Shown here one piece after another: positions 62,550 to 64,000 of a stretch of DNA of 64,000 nucleotides. A program made the position numbers and the translations under genes. Position 1 is the first letter of the stretch, and every line of letters starts with the position of its first letter. The notes under the pieces were generated by a model. That model did not search any database. It was not told the DNA's origin and was given only the letters and a program-made list of their open reading frames with translations. This stretch comes from the human T2T-CHM13v2.0 reference genome, Homo sapiens. Location of the stretch: NCBI RefSeq assembly GCF_009914755.1, contig NC_060927.1; one strand, written 5' to 3'.

Positions 62550-62640
62550 CAGTGACCAACCTGTCCTGGTTTTAGTACTAAAAGTCCCTTGTCCCAGAAA
62601 ATTACTTAGTGTTGGGTAAACAGAAATGGTTGGTCACCCA
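62550..62640. mobile_element. MER81/MER94-like hAT-Blackjack relic
   Basis: Inverted termini gtgaccaacc...ggttggtcac. Confidence 0.7.
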
Positions 62641-63077
62641 ATTAGAATACAAATTTGATTCTCAAGTCTTCTTTTTTAAAATATAAATCTCCTTAGGCAG
62701 GTCAAAACAATTCACCAGTGGTAATTTAGGGTTCTGATAGCTTCTCACAAAATGCCCCACAAAATGGTCCTCACTTTAAGAATCCATGGGGATCTCCTAT
62801 TAAAGGAATCACAAATGCAGACACTGATAGAGGCAAGATCTCAATAAGTGAAGAAAGCAATTTGCATAAAATCTTCCAGTCTACTCTTTACTTATACAAG
62901 AAGATAGAATCTCATTCTTCCAGAAACCCACAGCCCATTTAGTCCATTACCTTCCCTCCTTTGATAGACATGGGATGGACAAATATCTCTCTGCCCAAGA
63001 AAAACTGCTCAAGTGTGATTTTTAAAAAAGGGCAATTCTCATTGGGACTCAATGGCAAGGACTATGACGACTATGGG

Positions 63078-63518
63078 TTTCCTTCCCTCCCTCCCTGCCT
63101 CCCTCCCTCCCTTCCTTCCTTCCTACCTTCCTTCCTTCCTTTTCTTCCTTCCTTCCTTCCTTTCTCTCTCTTTCTTTCTCGCTCTCTCTCTTTTTCTTTC
63201 CTTTTCCTTTCTCTCTCTCTTTTTTTTCTTTTTTTGAGACACAGTGTCACTCTGTTACCCAGGCTGGAGTGCAGTGGTGCAATCCTGGCTTACTGCAGCC
63301 TTGACTTTGTGGGCTGTGGTGATCCTCCCACCTCAGCCTCCTGAGTAGCTGCGACTACAGGCCCATGCCACCATGCTGGATTAATTTTTTATATTTTTAG
63401 TAGAGATGGGGTTTTGTCATGTTGCCCAGGCTGCTCTCAAATCCTTGGGTTCAAGAGATCCACCTGCCTTGGCTTCCCAAAGTGCTGGGACTGCAGGCGT
63501 GAGCCACCGCACCCAGCC
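63078..63518 (-). mobile_element. AluJ-like SINE with tail expanded to a ~155-bp (CCTT)/(CT) tract
   Basis: Reverse Alu at ~63232-63518; degenerate TSD tatgg(g/t)tttc(c/t)t at 63072-63083 and 63519-63530. Confidence 0.92.
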
Positions 63519-63530
63519 TATGGTTTTCTT

Positions 63531-63990
63531 AGTCTGGATTCCTCCAGAAGCCAACCCCAAACAAGGATTCAAGTGTAAGGTATTTATCTGAGAGGTCATC
63601 CCAGGAAACAATAGTAGGACAGTGCATAAATGAGACAAGAAAGATAAGGCCACCAAAAAAAAAAAAAAGTACTAGCCTATTAAGTCACCTATCACCATGG
63701 TGATACTCACCATGGTGGAAACTCTGGGAAAAGGTGTACAATATACACCCCTTAGTTTCACTGGATGAGCAAGGGAGCTGGAGTATCCATAGGCCAAACC
63801 CTGTTCATCACTGGAGGGAGTGGATGCTAATTCCCCTGCATTTCCAGCCCACCACTTCCACAGTCAGAGAAAGTCCTCAGACAAACCAATGCAGGTGCTG
63901 GCAGCGGGAAGTGAAGCTGGTATGCACGACCATGGCCAGGGCAAAGATGTAGGGTTGGCCACCAGCAACACCAGCAGCGTCTGCTATAGT
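63531..63990 (-). mobile_element. Old ERVL-type LTR
   Basis: ttcctccagaagccaaccccaaacaaggattcaagtgtaaggtatttat...cccaggaaac. Confidence 0.5.
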
Positions 63991-64000
63991 AATCAACACA

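Overview
This is primate (most likely human or great ape) non-coding genomic DNA made mostly of interspersed repeats. I found no recognisable host protein-coding gene, tRNA, rRNA or CRISPR array. The largest feature is a full-length, minus-strand L1PA3/L1PA4-type LINE-1 (~10053-16222). It has an uninterrupted 338-aa ORF1, a dead ORF2, a truncated antisense ORF0, and it retains the ~129-bp 5'UTR segment that younger L1s deleted. The rest is truncated L1s, about ten Alus, solo LTRs (a MER52-type and an ERV1-type LTR with exact 4-bp TSDs, plus MaLR/ERVL remnants), DNA-transposon relics, L2/MIR and simple repeats. The least expected structure is a cluster of local templated duplications at 43-52.5 kb, all about 88-89% identical by hand count: a ~265-bp direct copy of an LTR/L1 junction, a nested fold-back hairpin inside a deleted Tigger1, and a 187-bp ungapped inverted repeat. 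Speculative functional candidates are a minus-strand splice-site cluster beside a CpG patch (26.2-26.9 kb) and a perfect DR4 element (17.6 kb). I do not see convincing evidence of a new biological system. Subfamily names come from recalled consensus sequences, and boundaries of old repeats are approximate.
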